Positions 36,331-44,860 of a DNA stretch of 64,000 bases are shown one piece after another; position 1 is the stretch's first letter; each line of letters starts with the position of its first letter. The notes below the pieces were generated by a model. That model saw nothing but the letters and a program-made list of their open reading frames with translations, was not told where the DNA came from and searched no databases. Source of the DNA: a virus (lineage: Duplodnaviria; Caudoviricetes); the IMG/VR virus record IMGVR_UViG_3300029288_005816, positions 26,755 through 90,754 of that record; one strand, 5' to 3'. A program made the translations under genes and the position numbers.

Positions 36331-36334
36331 AATT

Positions 36335-36883
36335 ATGAAAGAAGATTTAACAAGCGAAAAAGATGCTAAAAAATTAGCAGATAACTTTGAGTCTACAACT
36401 CCTCCAAAAACGACTTACAATATAAAAGATAGATTGGAATACTATAAAGATAGAAAAAATAAAGCATCCGATTTAAATAAAAATCTAATAGATAAAATTA
36501 AAATTAAACATATTGGTAAATTTATTGGCTTGTATAATGTATATGAAGTAAATGGAGATTTAATAAGAACAGACATAGATATTGATTTTGTCAGTGGTGG
36601 TAACCCAGGAAGATATGCTTATGTCCCAGAAGGAGAAATATGGATTGATAGTAATCTTTTGCCAAATGATTTTGCTGCAACAGTTATTCATGAGTTTGTA
36701 GAATGCATGATAATGGAATATAAAGAAAAAAGCTATAATCATTCTCATGATAAAGCTTCTGCACTCGAATTACGATTTAGAAAAAAACATATTAAAGAAG
36801 AAAATCAATCTATAAAAGTAGAATTTGAAAAAGCTAGTGAATTTGTTGTGAATTTTTTAAAGAATAAAAGCTCCAGAAACTAA
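36335..36883 (+). CDS. Hypothetical protein with HExxE...H metal-binding-like motif
   Basis: EIWID...IHEFVE...HSHDKA. Confidence 0.65.
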   Translation: MKEDLTSEKDAKKLADNFESTTPPKTTYNIKDRLEYYKDRKNKASDLNKNLIDKIKIKHIGKFIGLYNVYEVNGDLIRTDIDIDFVSGGNPGRYAYVPEGEIWIDSNLLPNDFAATVIHEFVECMIMEYKEKSYNHSHDKASALELRFRKKHIKEENQSIKVEFEKASEFVVNFLKNKSSRN

Positions 36884-36900
36884 TTTCTGAAGCTTTTTAT

Positions 36901-37173
36901 TTATAAACCTTCTCCTCTATCTAGAACTGGCTCCCATCTCAAATTATTATTTTTAATAGCTTTATTAATCCATCTCATCAAAGTTATTACCTTTTCTTTT
37001 TTATGAAATACCCCATCACCAACATCAGCTCTATCACTAGCATCAATACAAATTGTATACTTTTTATTCTCAACAATATAATTATAAATTAAATTGGAGC
37101 CAATGCAACATTCGTACTCTGCCATATTGTCGTTCCTTATCATTTCTGCCACGGTGTGCTTTAAATTTTCCAT
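36901..37173 (-). CDS. Hypothetical protein
   Basis: 90 aa ORF. Confidence 0.6.
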   Translation of the reverse strand: MENLKHTVAEMIRNDNMAEYECCIGSNLIYNYIVENKKYTICIDASDRADVGDGVFHKKEKVITLMRWINKAIKNNNLRWEPVLDRGEGL

Positions 37174-37233
37174 AATATATAATTTTTGATTTGTTGTAAT
37201 AGGAAGCAGGGAGTTGGAGTATGTAAAATAATT

Positions 37234-37746
37234 TTACCAATTATCTGATTTTTTACCATTTTTAATATCAGTTTTAATACTTTCTAAAAGCTCTTTTGCT
37301 TTAGTTTCAGACTGTGTTTTTATATCAGCCCACATTTTTTTAGTCATTAAACAATCGGACTTTTCATCATTTAAAGAGCCCCCAACATAAGAATTGGATT
37401 TTCCTCCACAATATGAATAGGTATTCCAAAAATCAGACAATGTTACCTTTGTTTTATAATCTTTTATTTGAATCGTTAATTTAAAATCAATCACATACTC
37501 ACATTTACTTAAGCCACTTTGAATCCATGTACTCAAATTTCCTTTAACAATAATCAATCCCGCATCTTTGTCTTCCATTTGTAAAGCTGCGTTTGTTTTA
37601 AAATTATTAATGACCCATGTTTTACACACAGTAAAACATTCTGATTTTGTTAATTTGGTTGAATCTATGCTTGTAAATTCAAATGTTTGTGCATTTATAT
37701 TTAATGCCAAAAATGCGAAAACGACAGCAATTAATAATTTTTTCAT
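37234..37746 (-). CDS. Secreted protein, DUF4468-like
   Basis: Signal peptide MKKLLIAVVFAFLALNINA; DKDAGLIIVKG. Confidence 0.6.
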   Translation of the reverse strand: MKKLLIAVVFAFLALNINAQTFEFTSIDSTKLTKSECFTVCKTWVINNFKTNAALQMEDKDAGLIIVKGNLSTWIQSGLSKCEYVIDFKLTIQIKDYKTKVTLSDFWNTYSYCGGKSNSYVGGSLNDEKSDCLMTKKMWADIKTQSETKAKELLESIKTDIKNGKKSDNW

Positions 37747-37762
37747 AGTTTTTTGTTTATTT

Positions 37763-38467
37763 TTAATAATCCAAATTCTTTTCTTGTACTTCTTTGTCTT
37801 TAGCACCTTTACTTAATTCGGCATCTTGATATAATATTTTTATATACATATCAGATGTAATCTCTAATATTACAAAGTTAATATTTTCTCCAAATTGCTC
37901 AGAAGAATTTTCAAACCAATATGTTATGAAAGTTGCTTTACCAAGTGAAATTGCATTTTCTGTAAATCCATCACCTTTTTCATATGGATATTTGTATTGT
38001 TCAAAAGTAACATCAGATTCATAATATTTTTTGTTTAATTCATTTTTTATAACATTATATAAATTTGTCGTATTACTTTCTAAATCAGCTTTCATATATA
38101 TTACACATTCACATAATTTATCATTAGTAAAATGACACGCAACAAAACTCGTTTTTCTTGTAGCAAATTTTATATTATCATAAATTAAGACATCTGGTTT
38201 CGAGTATTTAGTGTCCAATATACCGCCTTTAGATGTCATTATTTGTTTTACTTTACTTTTTGATTGACCAAAAATTAATCCCATACAACCATTAATAGTT
38301 GTTGTATCAAATAATTTTTTAATAGGCTCTTTTGGCTCTTCTTTTTGGGGCTCTTTTAGTGTTTTTGAACTATCTTTATTGGTTTTCGATGAAACATCTG
38401 CTTTTGCTTGAGCAAATGTTACAGCAACTGTGAACAAACAAACAATAATGATAATAAACTTTTTCAT
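37763..38467 (-). CDS. Secreted hypothetical protein
   Basis: Signal peptide MKKFIIIIVCLFTVAVTFA-Q. Confidence 0.7.
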   Translation of the reverse strand: MKKFIIIIVCLFTVAVTFAQAKADVSSKTNKDSSKTLKEPQKEEPKEPIKKLFDTTTINGCMGLIFGQSKSKVKQIMTSKGGILDTKYSKPDVLIYDNIKFATRKTSFVACHFTNDKLCECVIYMKADLESNTTNLYNVIKNELNKKYYESDVTFEQYKYPYEKGDGFTENAISLGKATFITYWFENSSEQFGENINFVILEITSDMYIKILYQDAELSKGAKDKEVQEKNLDY

Positions 38468-38500
38468 AATACTTAATTTTAATTAATAATTTTATTATTG

Positions 38501-38528
38501 TATACGAAAAATATTTAAAAAAGTTACA
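38501..38528 (-). promoter_or_regulatory. WAAC-N16-CGTA promoter motif copy
   Basis: TGTAAC-16nt-CGTATA. Confidence 0.7.
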
Positions 38529-38542
38529 TAAAAAACAAAAAA

Positions 38543-38612
38543 CAGGGAGTTGGAGGAATTCTCATACCTAGTGTGTACACCACGTTCACAGCTTTCGCTG
38601 CTATCCAACTTT
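38543..38612 (-). ncRNA. Unidentified tRNA-sized structured element
   Basis: Closing stem AGTTGG/CCAACT, GCAGC-GAAA-GCTGT hairpin, T-arm-like AGG...CCT. Confidence 0.35.
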
Positions 38613-38621
38613 GCTTCTTTG

Positions 38622-38697
38622 TAGAAATGATTGGATTCAAACCAACGACCCTTGCCCTGTCAAAGCAATGCTTTAAATCAGACTGAGCTACACTTCT
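38622..38697 (-). tRNA. tRNA-Val(GAC)
   Basis: Acceptor AGAAGTG/CATTTCT, anticodon arm TTGCT-TTGACAG-GGCAA; no encoded CCA. Confidence 0.85.
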
Positions 38698-38698
38698 G

Positions 38699-38773
38699 TG
38701 GGAATAGAGGGATTTGGACCCCCGATAACCAGAATGTAAATCTGGTGCCTTAAACCTACTAGACGATATTCCC
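38699..38773 (-). tRNA. tRNA-Val(TAC), Glu-like D-arm
   Basis: GGGAATA/TATTCCC, CCAGA-TTTACAT-TCTGG. Confidence 0.8.
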
Positions 38774-38780
38774 GAAAATA

Positions 38781-39140
38781 AAAAGATAAGGTGAGCGTAG
38801 CCAGAGTTCTGTTTTATTTTAGCATTTATCTGAAGTACTTGACACGTCAACACTCCGTTAGCCTCTACCCGATTATCATAGAATTGAAGGTTCCCATTCT
38901 AAATCCGTTTGAGTTATACGCCGCCCATTGGCTGCCTATTATTGATAGACGTTGCACCAGTAATAACGATTATAATTCGGGTCTTGCAAGGTTTCTGGTT
39001 TACTTAGCTTAGTACAAACCTTTTTTATCTTTTTGCCAAATCTAACAGCTTTAACATTTATAATCTCCTGATTCCTTCTTTATGACGTACTCTGAACTTC
39101 CTCACATTTTACTGTGCGCTAAATCCTCTTTCTTATCTTT
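38781..39140 (-). ncRNA. rnpB: RNase P RNA (bacterial type)
   Basis: GAGGAAGTTCAGAG (GAGGAAAGUCC-like) near the 5' end; AGATAAAT...ACAGAACTCTGGCTAC near the 3' end; P1 AAAGATAAG/CTTATCTTT, P2 TTTAGC/GCTAAA, P4 with bulged U; AGTAAACC...GCAAG core; about 360 nt. Confidence 0.82.
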
Positions 39141-40007
39141 AATAATTTTCCAATGTTTTTTTTGACAATTATCTGAACAATATTTTTTGTGATTATGTTT
39201 GGCATCAAACTTGATTTCGCAAAATTTACAAACTCTTCCATAATAACTTTCATGAACTTTTGAATCCCATTTATGATTGTAACAAACTACTGGACTTTCA
39301 CCTATAAAATTAAAAAATTCAAAAACACTCTTGTTTGGAATAACAATTCTATTTTTGTCTTTTTTTAAATATGCATCAAATCCCATTTTTTTTAATTTAT
39401 CAATTAAATACATATTATCTGTTTCAGTAAAAGAATCACTGCAAAATATCACTCCATCTTGATTATCTAGTGTTCCATCTCCTAAAAACCAATGCAAAAG
39501 CACTGTTCTATTTAATTCAACATCTTTTGGAACAATTTTTTTCCCATTTGGATACCATTTATTTCTTAATCCTGTAAATACGCTATTTGCTTGCGAATAT
39601 ATAGTAAAATACTCTTTTCCTTTATTGTATTTACCATAGCCAAACACTTTGTTTTTTTTAACTTTAAAATCTAACTCTGATATTAAAAAATCAATATATT
39701 CTTCAAATTTACAAAGATGTGTAAAAGAGGAGTTTTGGTTGTTTTTTGTTTTTCTATAACTACCATCAGAAAGTAGTGAACCAGTCAAAACATCAAGGGT
39801 ATTGCTTGAAAAAATTTCTACAATGTCGTTTTTCTTCCCTTCATCAGAGCACTTGTGAGAACAAAATTTGTTTGGCTTATGCTTTCTTTTAAAAAATTCT
39901 TGCCCACACGTCTCGCAAACTCCTTTAAGGAAATATTCATACCCATTCTTATTTTTTCTTAGTTTTTTGTATGAACCATCTTTTACTAATTCAAAATCTC
40001 CTGTCAT
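39102..40007 (-). CDS. LAGLIDADG-family homing endonuclease with Cys-rich ends
   Basis: LTGSLLSDGS and LHWFLGDG motifs; CxxC...FCS..C at both ends. Confidence 0.8.
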   Translation of the reverse strand: MTGDFELVKDGSYKKLRKNKNGYEYFLKGVCETCGQEFFKRKHKPNKFCSHKCSDEGKKNDIVEIFSSNTLDVLTGSLLSDGSYRKTKNNQNSSFTHLCKFEEYIDFLISELDFKVKKNKVFGYGKYNKGKEYFTIYSQANSVFTGLRNKWYPNGKKIVPKDVELNRTVLLHWFLGDGTLDNQDGVIFCSDSFTETDNMYLIDKLKKMGFDAYLKKDKNRIVIPNKSVFEFFNFIGESPVVCYNHKWDSKVHESYYGRVCKFCEIKFDAKHNHKKYCSDNCQKKHWKIIKDKKEDLAHSKM

Positions 40008-40075
40008 ATATTTATAATTTTATATAAATATATATAAAAAAGGAGAAAAACAAAAATAATAAATTATTTTAATTT

Positions 40076-40318
40076 TTATTTTCTCATTGCCTTCCCCCCT
40101 TCGTCTGTCAATCCTCCTACCCAATAGCATTTTCCATCTTTGTTCATTGACCAAACATCGATAATTTCTCTTACATATAAAGGAAGCCTTTCAAATTGCC
40201 CCATAGAAATTTTAGTTTTTGTTCTTTTTCTAAATATTCTATTGGCTGCTCTTTTATCTTTTTTTTCAGACCCTGATGCAATGCCAAAGATTGGGGTCTT
40301 TTTTCTTGAGTGACTCAT
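40076..40318 (-). CDS. Small basic hypothetical protein
   Basis: 80 aa, K/R-rich. Confidence 0.7.
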   Translation of the reverse strand: MSHSRKKTPIFGIASGSEKKDKRAANRIFRKRTKTKISMGQFERLPLYVREIIDVWSMNKDGKCYWVGGLTDEGGKAMRK

Positions 40319-40434
40319 TGTTTCTAAGTTTAAAATTAAAACTTAAAAAACTGCTGAGCCCCTTTCTTTTACCATTTTCATAATACAACTATTTTTTAGT
40401 AAATATACTAATTTTTTTTAATATAACAAAATTG

Positions 40435-40507
40435 ATGTCCTGCAGGGACTCGAACCCCGACTTAACTGAACCAGAATCAGCTGTGTTGCCAATTACACCA
40501 CAGGACA
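40435..40507 (-). tRNA. tRNA-Gln(CTG)
   Basis: TGTCCTG/CAGGACA, GCTGA-TTCTGGT-TCAGT, TTCGAGT T-loop. Confidence 0.92.
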
Positions 40508-40522
40508 AAATGTTTAGCTAGA

Positions 40523-40601
40523 ACCACCAACAGGACTCGAACCCGCAATTTCAGCTCCAGTTACAAGTACAAAGTTCGTATCTTTGCTTGGCTATGGTGG
40601 T
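40523..40601 (-). pseudogene. tRNA-like element with intact acceptor and T arms but rearranged D/anticodon region
   Basis: ACCACCA/TGGTGGT, GCGGG-TTCGAGT-CCTGT; anticodon not assignable. Confidence 0.55.
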
Positions 40602-40607
40602 AAAATG

Positions 40608-40681
40608 TGACTCTTGAGGGATTCAAACCCCCAACCCCAACATCCGTAGTGTTGAGCTCTATTCAGTTGAGCTAAAGAGCC
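40608..40681 (-). tRNA. tRNA-Arg(ACG)
   Basis: GGCTCTT/AAGAGTC, CAACA-CTACGGA-TGTTG. Confidence 0.9.
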
Positions 40682-40687
40682 GTTTTG

Positions 40688-40760
40688 TGGAAGCACCAGG
40701 GGTTAAACACTGGAACACACGGGAATTCAATCCGCTGCTCTGTCGCTGAGCTATACTTCC
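40688..40760 (-). tRNA. Degenerate tRNA-Phe(GAA), possibly a pseudogene
   Basis: GGAAGTA/TGCTTCC, GCGGA-TTGAATT-CCCGT; aberrant T arm. Confidence 0.55.
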
Positions 40761-41692
40761 TTGCTGTATTTTACTTTTGTCCAATATCCTAATTTATTTT
40801 CAAGTTGTAGTCCATATTTTTTTGCTCTTTTTTTAATTGAGTTCCCGCTAACTCCAAACATTTCTCCTATTTTTGTATATGGATATTTCTGTATTAACTC
40901 TTCAAGTTCGTCTTTGGTTATTTTAAACCTTTCTATTTTTATACCACGTTCGATATTTGGATTAATTCCATTTAACTTATTTCGCTTGTCTCCTTTAAAT
41001 GTATTTTTTTTTCTTTCCATACATTCTGAATAATTATTTATAAGTTTTCTTTTGAAATCTGCCCCCAAATTTAAAACAAAAACTCTTTCCTTTTTTTTGA
41101 CATCAAACTCAATATTATATTTTATTTTTATCTGATTTAAAAATGATTCACACCCACAGTACAACTCACAAGAATTCGCATCCCCATCACCATCATAATA
41201 TCCAGACAAAAAGGATAAATTTAACAGTTCATCTTTGAATTCTGGTAAATTTATTATTTTACTTTTTGCATTTATACAACCTTTATCAACTATATGACGC
41301 ACAAATTCCTTATTAGTTATTCTTATAGATATTGATTTGCTTCCACAGGGGTGAGTTCTTTTCCTTATCTTATCTTTATTTGCACCAACAACTTCACAAA
41401 ATTTTTCAACTTGATTGTAGTCTTTTTCCGATAAATCTATAACTGCCCTACTATTAGTTGGAGAAATATATCCATCTGCATATAAAAACCCAAGCCAATA
41501 TGCTTTTTCTTTAGAATCTATACTCTTAAAAAAATTAACTTTTAAATTTGGATGTGCCTTTTTTGTTTCTCTACAAATATTGAATTTTTTTAATCTTCTA
41601 GCAATAGTGTTTCTATTAACATTATAGATTATTCCAATTTGTGTATTATTTAAACCACTAATAACAAATTTTTCCAATTCTTCTTTTTCCAT
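40751..41692 (-). CDS. LAGLIDADG-family homing endonuclease with terminal HTH segments
   Basis: AYWLGFLYADGYI and FLSGYYDGDG. Confidence 0.85.
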   Translation of the reverse strand: MEKEELEKFVISGLNNTQIGIIYNVNRNTIARRLKKFNICRETKKAHPNLKVNFFKSIDSKEKAYWLGFLYADGYISPTNSRAVIDLSEKDYNQVEKFCEVVGANKDKIRKRTHPCGSKSISIRITNKEFVRHIVDKGCINAKSKIINLPEFKDELLNLSFLSGYYDGDGDANSCELYCGCESFLNQIKIKYNIEFDVKKKERVFVLNLGADFKRKLINNYSECMERKKNTFKGDKRNKLNGINPNIERGIKIERFKITKDELEELIQKYPYTKIGEMFGVSGNSIKKRAKKYGLQLENKLGYWTKVKYSKEV

Positions 41693-41764
41693 ACTTTTTT
41701 ATTATAAATAGTATAAAAAAATAGAATTGAACCTTTTTTATTTATTCAGTCACATGTTAAATTG

Positions 41765-41837
41765 TGGAGACTCCAGGTTTCGGGCCTGACTCTTATCCTC
41801 TTCAGGGATACGCTTTCACCAGATTAGCTTAGCCTCC
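41765..41837 (-). tRNA. tRNA-Phe(GAA)
   Basis: GGAGGCT/AGTCTCC, TATCC-CTGAAGA-GGATA; non-canonical T-loop CCCGAAA. Confidence 0.78.
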
Positions 41838-41933
41838 ATAATATTCTCAATCTAGGAAGCAGGGGTAGGTTTATATACACCTCCCAAACTTGAGAATATT
41901 TTTTAAACAACAGTATGTCAAAGAACATTTATG

Positions 41934-42008
41934 CTACTCTGAAAGGACTTGAACCTTTAGTCTTCTCAGTCAAAGTGAGACGTGTTAAACCAATTGCACT
42001 ACAGAGTA
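41934..42008 (-). tRNA. tRNA-Gln(TTG)
   Basis: TACTCTG/CAGAGTA, TCTCA-CTTTGAC-TGAGA. Confidence 0.9.
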
Positions 42009-42012
42009 ATAT

Positions 42013-42070
42013 ATTAAAGAACTTCACAAAATAAAAAACCCCCACAATCTTTTTCTATGACCTGGGGGTT
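42013..42070 (-). promoter_or_regulatory. tRNA-cluster leader: hairpin + U tract + boxA-like element
   Basis: AAACCCC...GGGGTTTTTATTTT then GTTCTTTAA; a second boxA-like GTTCTTTGACA at about 41916-41926. Confidence 0.55.
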
Positions 42071-42227
42071 TAGTATTAAATGTATATTTTTATTTAACTA
42101 CATAGCACGCCCAAGGTCCTTTGTTGCACAAAAAACTGAAAGAAAAATTGGCGAAATATGTAAGATAAATTTTTCATTATATTGTTTCTTTTATTTAAAT
42201 AGTTAAAAATTTTCTTTTTTTATAATT

Positions 42228-42255
42228 TATACGCAAATGTATAAAAAAAGTTACA
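42228..42255 (-). promoter_or_regulatory. WAAC-N16-CGTA motif with nested TAnnTTTG
   Basis: TGTAAC...TACATTTG-CGTATA. Confidence 0.72.
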
Positions 42256-42277
42256 GAAAAACAAATATTTTTTAAAA

Positions 42278-42574
42278 TTATTTTGAATAAATCTTTTTTA
42301 ACCAATCTTCTCTAATAATATCATAATAATGAAGAGTTTCTTCCGTGGTAGGTTCCTGCCCAATATACTCAAGATAGGATTTTACCCAATGAGGCGAGAA
42401 CTTATCCAATCTCAAAAATATACCAGGAGCACCTTTTTTGCCATCATATCCACTAAACTCAGTTTTAAACCATTCATTAAATTCATCAATATTGAAATCT
42501 TTTTTTACTTTAACCTCAATAGCTGCTTCTTGTGGCTTTTTTCTTGAGAAAAACTTTTTAATTTTTGAAATCAT
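42278..42574 (-). CDS. Hypothetical protein
   Basis: 98 aa ORF. Confidence 0.6.
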   Translation of the reverse strand: MISKIKKFFSRKKPQEAAIEVKVKKDFNIDEFNEWFKTEFSGYDGKKGAPGIFLRLDKFSPHWVKSYLEYIGQEPTTEETLHYYDIIREDWLKKIYSK

Positions 42575-43023
42575 GATTTTTCCTCTGGTTTTTTGTTGAT
42601 AATTGATTTGAATTTTGTTTCAAACTCAACGCTCTTCTTCCAAAACATTACATCATTGGCTATATCCCACCAAAAACTAACATCTTTGTTTTTGCTATAC
42701 TCAGTTGGATTAATCCAATTGTCAAAGTCAGAATATTCTTGCAAATGCCACTTACCCTCAGAAAGCTCGGTTAAATATAATTTAATATCGCTTTTTTGAC
42801 TTTCTTTGCAAAATACCGACACTACTTTATCTTTAATGGGAACATCCAGGTAGGTATATTCATTTATGTTTTTGCGTATTCTATCCAATGAGTCTGGAAG
42901 CGCGCCCCACTCAAATTCTGAACTTCCCATATAATCAAACTTAACAATAGAATCTATTCCTGTCTTATAATCCCTATCATTAAATTTTCCTCGTTGTATT
43001 AAAGTTGTTTCCATATTATTCAA
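42571..43023 (-). CDS. Hypothetical phage protein
   Basis: 150 aa, FDYMGSSEFEWGALP. Confidence 0.7.
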   Translation of the reverse strand: MNNMETTLIQRGKFNDRDYKTGIDSIVKFDYMGSSEFEWGALPDSLDRIRKNINEYTYLDVPIKDKVVSVFCKESQKSDIKLYLTELSEGKWHLQEYSDFDNWINPTEYSKNKDVSFWWDIANDVMFWKKSVEFETKFKSIINKKPEEKS

Positions 43024-43195
43024 ATATTATTTGTCCACTTAAGATTTTTGCTCTAATTTCATCCTTTTCATCAAATATCTCTTGGCTGAAATGAATGCCA
43101 TTTGGGTCTGTAAGCTCTTCCAATTCTGCGATTAATGAATCAATACTGTTTTGTTTATTGATATCAATTACTTTGCAATCTTTTTCGTTTTCCAT
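43016..43195 (-). CDS. Small hypothetical protein
   Basis: Not in the ORF track; MENEKDCKVIDINK... 59 aa. Confidence 0.5.
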   Translation of the reverse strand: MENEKDCKVIDINKQNSIDSLIAELEELTDPNGIHFSQEIFDEKDEIRAKILSGQIIFE

Positions 43196-43208
43196 GATAT
43201 AAATCTAT

Positions 43209-43610
43209 TTAAGTTGTTTTTATTAAATAATCGACACAAGCATTATAAGCCGCCCTATGAGAAACTTGCAATATTGCGTCATGATAAATCTCTTTGCTAA
43301 CTTCTTCTTTTTTTAATTCACAAACCTCTTTACAATGCACTATGTTAATGTATCCATCTCGTTTTGATGTATCATGCCACTGCTGGATAAAAACCTCAGA
43401 TTCGTCATCTCTCATAGTTAGAATCACCTTCATCTTATATCCTTCTTTTGGGTTATGATTTATCTTGTGAAACATCCATCTTAGAATTTCAAATCCGAGT
43501 GTTGGGTCGTGGGGGCAAAAATCTTTATAATCAACATCTTTACCATCATATCCCATATATTTGTAAAGCATTTTGTTATATTTTTTGCTATTTGCCAGGT
43601 AGTTTTCCAT
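43209..43610 (-). CDS. Hypothetical protein
   Basis: 133 aa ORF. Confidence 0.65.
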   Translation of the reverse strand: MENYLANSKKYNKMLYKYMGYDGKDVDYKDFCPHDPTLGFEILRWMFHKINHNPKEGYKMKVILTMRDDESEVFIQQWHDTSKRDGYINIVHCKEVCELKKEEVSKEIYHDAILQVSHRAAYNACVDYLIKTT

Positions 43611-43612
43611 AT

Positions 43613-44344
43613 TTAAAACATTTTTGGGTTGTTAACATATGACAACAATCTTGTCCCTAATCTTGCGCGGGTTGTTTCTGAAACTGTTTCAATTATTTCA
43701 CCTGTGGACTCATTGACCAAATCACAATCATACCAGTTCCCGTCTATTATAATTTCTTTTTTTATGACCCAGCATTTATGCACAAAACTGTAAAATCTTT
43801 GTGGTACTCTAGTAAAAACTATCCGTTCTTCAGGAATTCCGTTTTTTGACTTTTTTTTCTTCTTTTCTGGAACCTTCTTTTCTTCTAAAGTTATTTTTTC
43901 GTTTTTAAGCAACCATATTAAAAGTTTTGCTAGGGCATTGACCAGCATTTCATCTGATTTTGAAACCAAAGTTTCATCTGGCCCAAACAAATCATTATCT
44001 TCGTACCACACAACTGGAATATTGTCTACTGAGCTATATCCCATGCACAAATAGTAAGAAGAATGGTTATTATGATTATGCTTTATTTCTTTTGGAAGAA
44101 TTTTTAATAGCTCTTCTGCTGTAAAAGTAGATATAAAAAACCATTGATTTTCCTTGACATTTCTGTAACGCAAAATTCCATCAAGCTCTTCATTTAATTT
44201 TGAAAATAATGCAGGAGAATTGCTAAACCCTTTCTCCGTTCCTTGTTTTGTTGGATATACAAAAATACTTGATACTTGTTCAACCCCAAGTTTTTTTAGT
44301 GCTTTAGAAAACCTTAAACTACAGACTATATCTTTAACTTCCAT
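43613..44344 (-). CDS. Hypothetical protein
   Basis: 243 aa ORF. Confidence 0.65.
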   Translation of the reverse strand: MEVKDIVCSLRFSKALKKLGVEQVSSIFVYPTKQGTEKGFSNSPALFSKLNEELDGILRYRNVKENQWFFISTFTAEELLKILPKEIKHNHNNHSSYYLCMGYSSVDNIPVVWYEDNDLFGPDETLVSKSDEMLVNALAKLLIWLLKNEKITLEEKKVPEKKKKKSKNGIPEERIVFTRVPQRFYSFVHKCWVIKKEIIIDGNWYDCDLVNESTGEIIETVSETTRARLGTRLLSYVNNPKMF

Positions 44345-44345
44345 T

Positions 44346-44858
44346 TTATTGACCTTTCATTAATTCATCAAGCTCTTTCCACATAGATTCTATGTGACCA
44401 AGAACATACAGTTCTTCTTTAAAATGGGGATATTCCTTTATATACTTTTCTCCCATTGAATGCTTATTCTTTATAGAACGTCTAGCATTAGCAAGTCTAT
44501 CTGCAACTTTTATTTTTGTTGCCTGAAGTCTTAATTCACTTTGTTTTATTTCATCATAAAATCTTTGGTCTTTTCTGTCATCTCTAGTTCTACCTTTGTT
44601 ATCTGTACATAAATAAACCACCTCAGCAATAACAAATCCAAACAGTTTTTTAATGGTTCCATAAGACAAATCGGTTCCTTCAAGTACGTCATGCAAATTA
44701 AATTGTATTGCTGATTCCTCATCATATTCATTGTGGTCTCTCAAAACCTGTTCGCCATCTTTAAAATGACTATAATAAGGCCTGCCATCATATTCCGCCA
44801 AAGCATGTTGCCAGGCTGCAAATCTAATTGCTTCTAAATATTTTTCGCTACATTCCAT
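44346..44858 (-). CDS. HD-domain hydrolase, small alarmone hydrolase/Mesh1-like
   Basis: AAWQH...PYYSH...LHDVLEGT...KVADRLAN. Confidence 0.8.
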   Translation of the reverse strand: MECSEKYLEAIRFAAWQHALAEYDGRPYYSHFKDGEQVLRDHNEYDEESAIQFNLHDVLEGTDLSYGTIKKLFGFVIAEVVYLCTDNKGRTRDDRKDQRFYDEIKQSELRLQATKIKVADRLANARRSIKNKHSMGEKYIKEYPHFKEELYVLGHIESMWKELDELMKGQ

Positions 44859-44860
44859 AA

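Noticed and set aside
38524-39012. ORFs 38524-38853 and 38791-39012 from the track
   Set aside because: They coincide with tRNA and RNase P RNA genes and have non-protein-like composition
39102-41692. Group I intron or intein hosting the LAGLIDADG ORFs
   Set aside because: The ORFs lie between genes rather than interrupting one; no intron core or intein splice motifs were recognised
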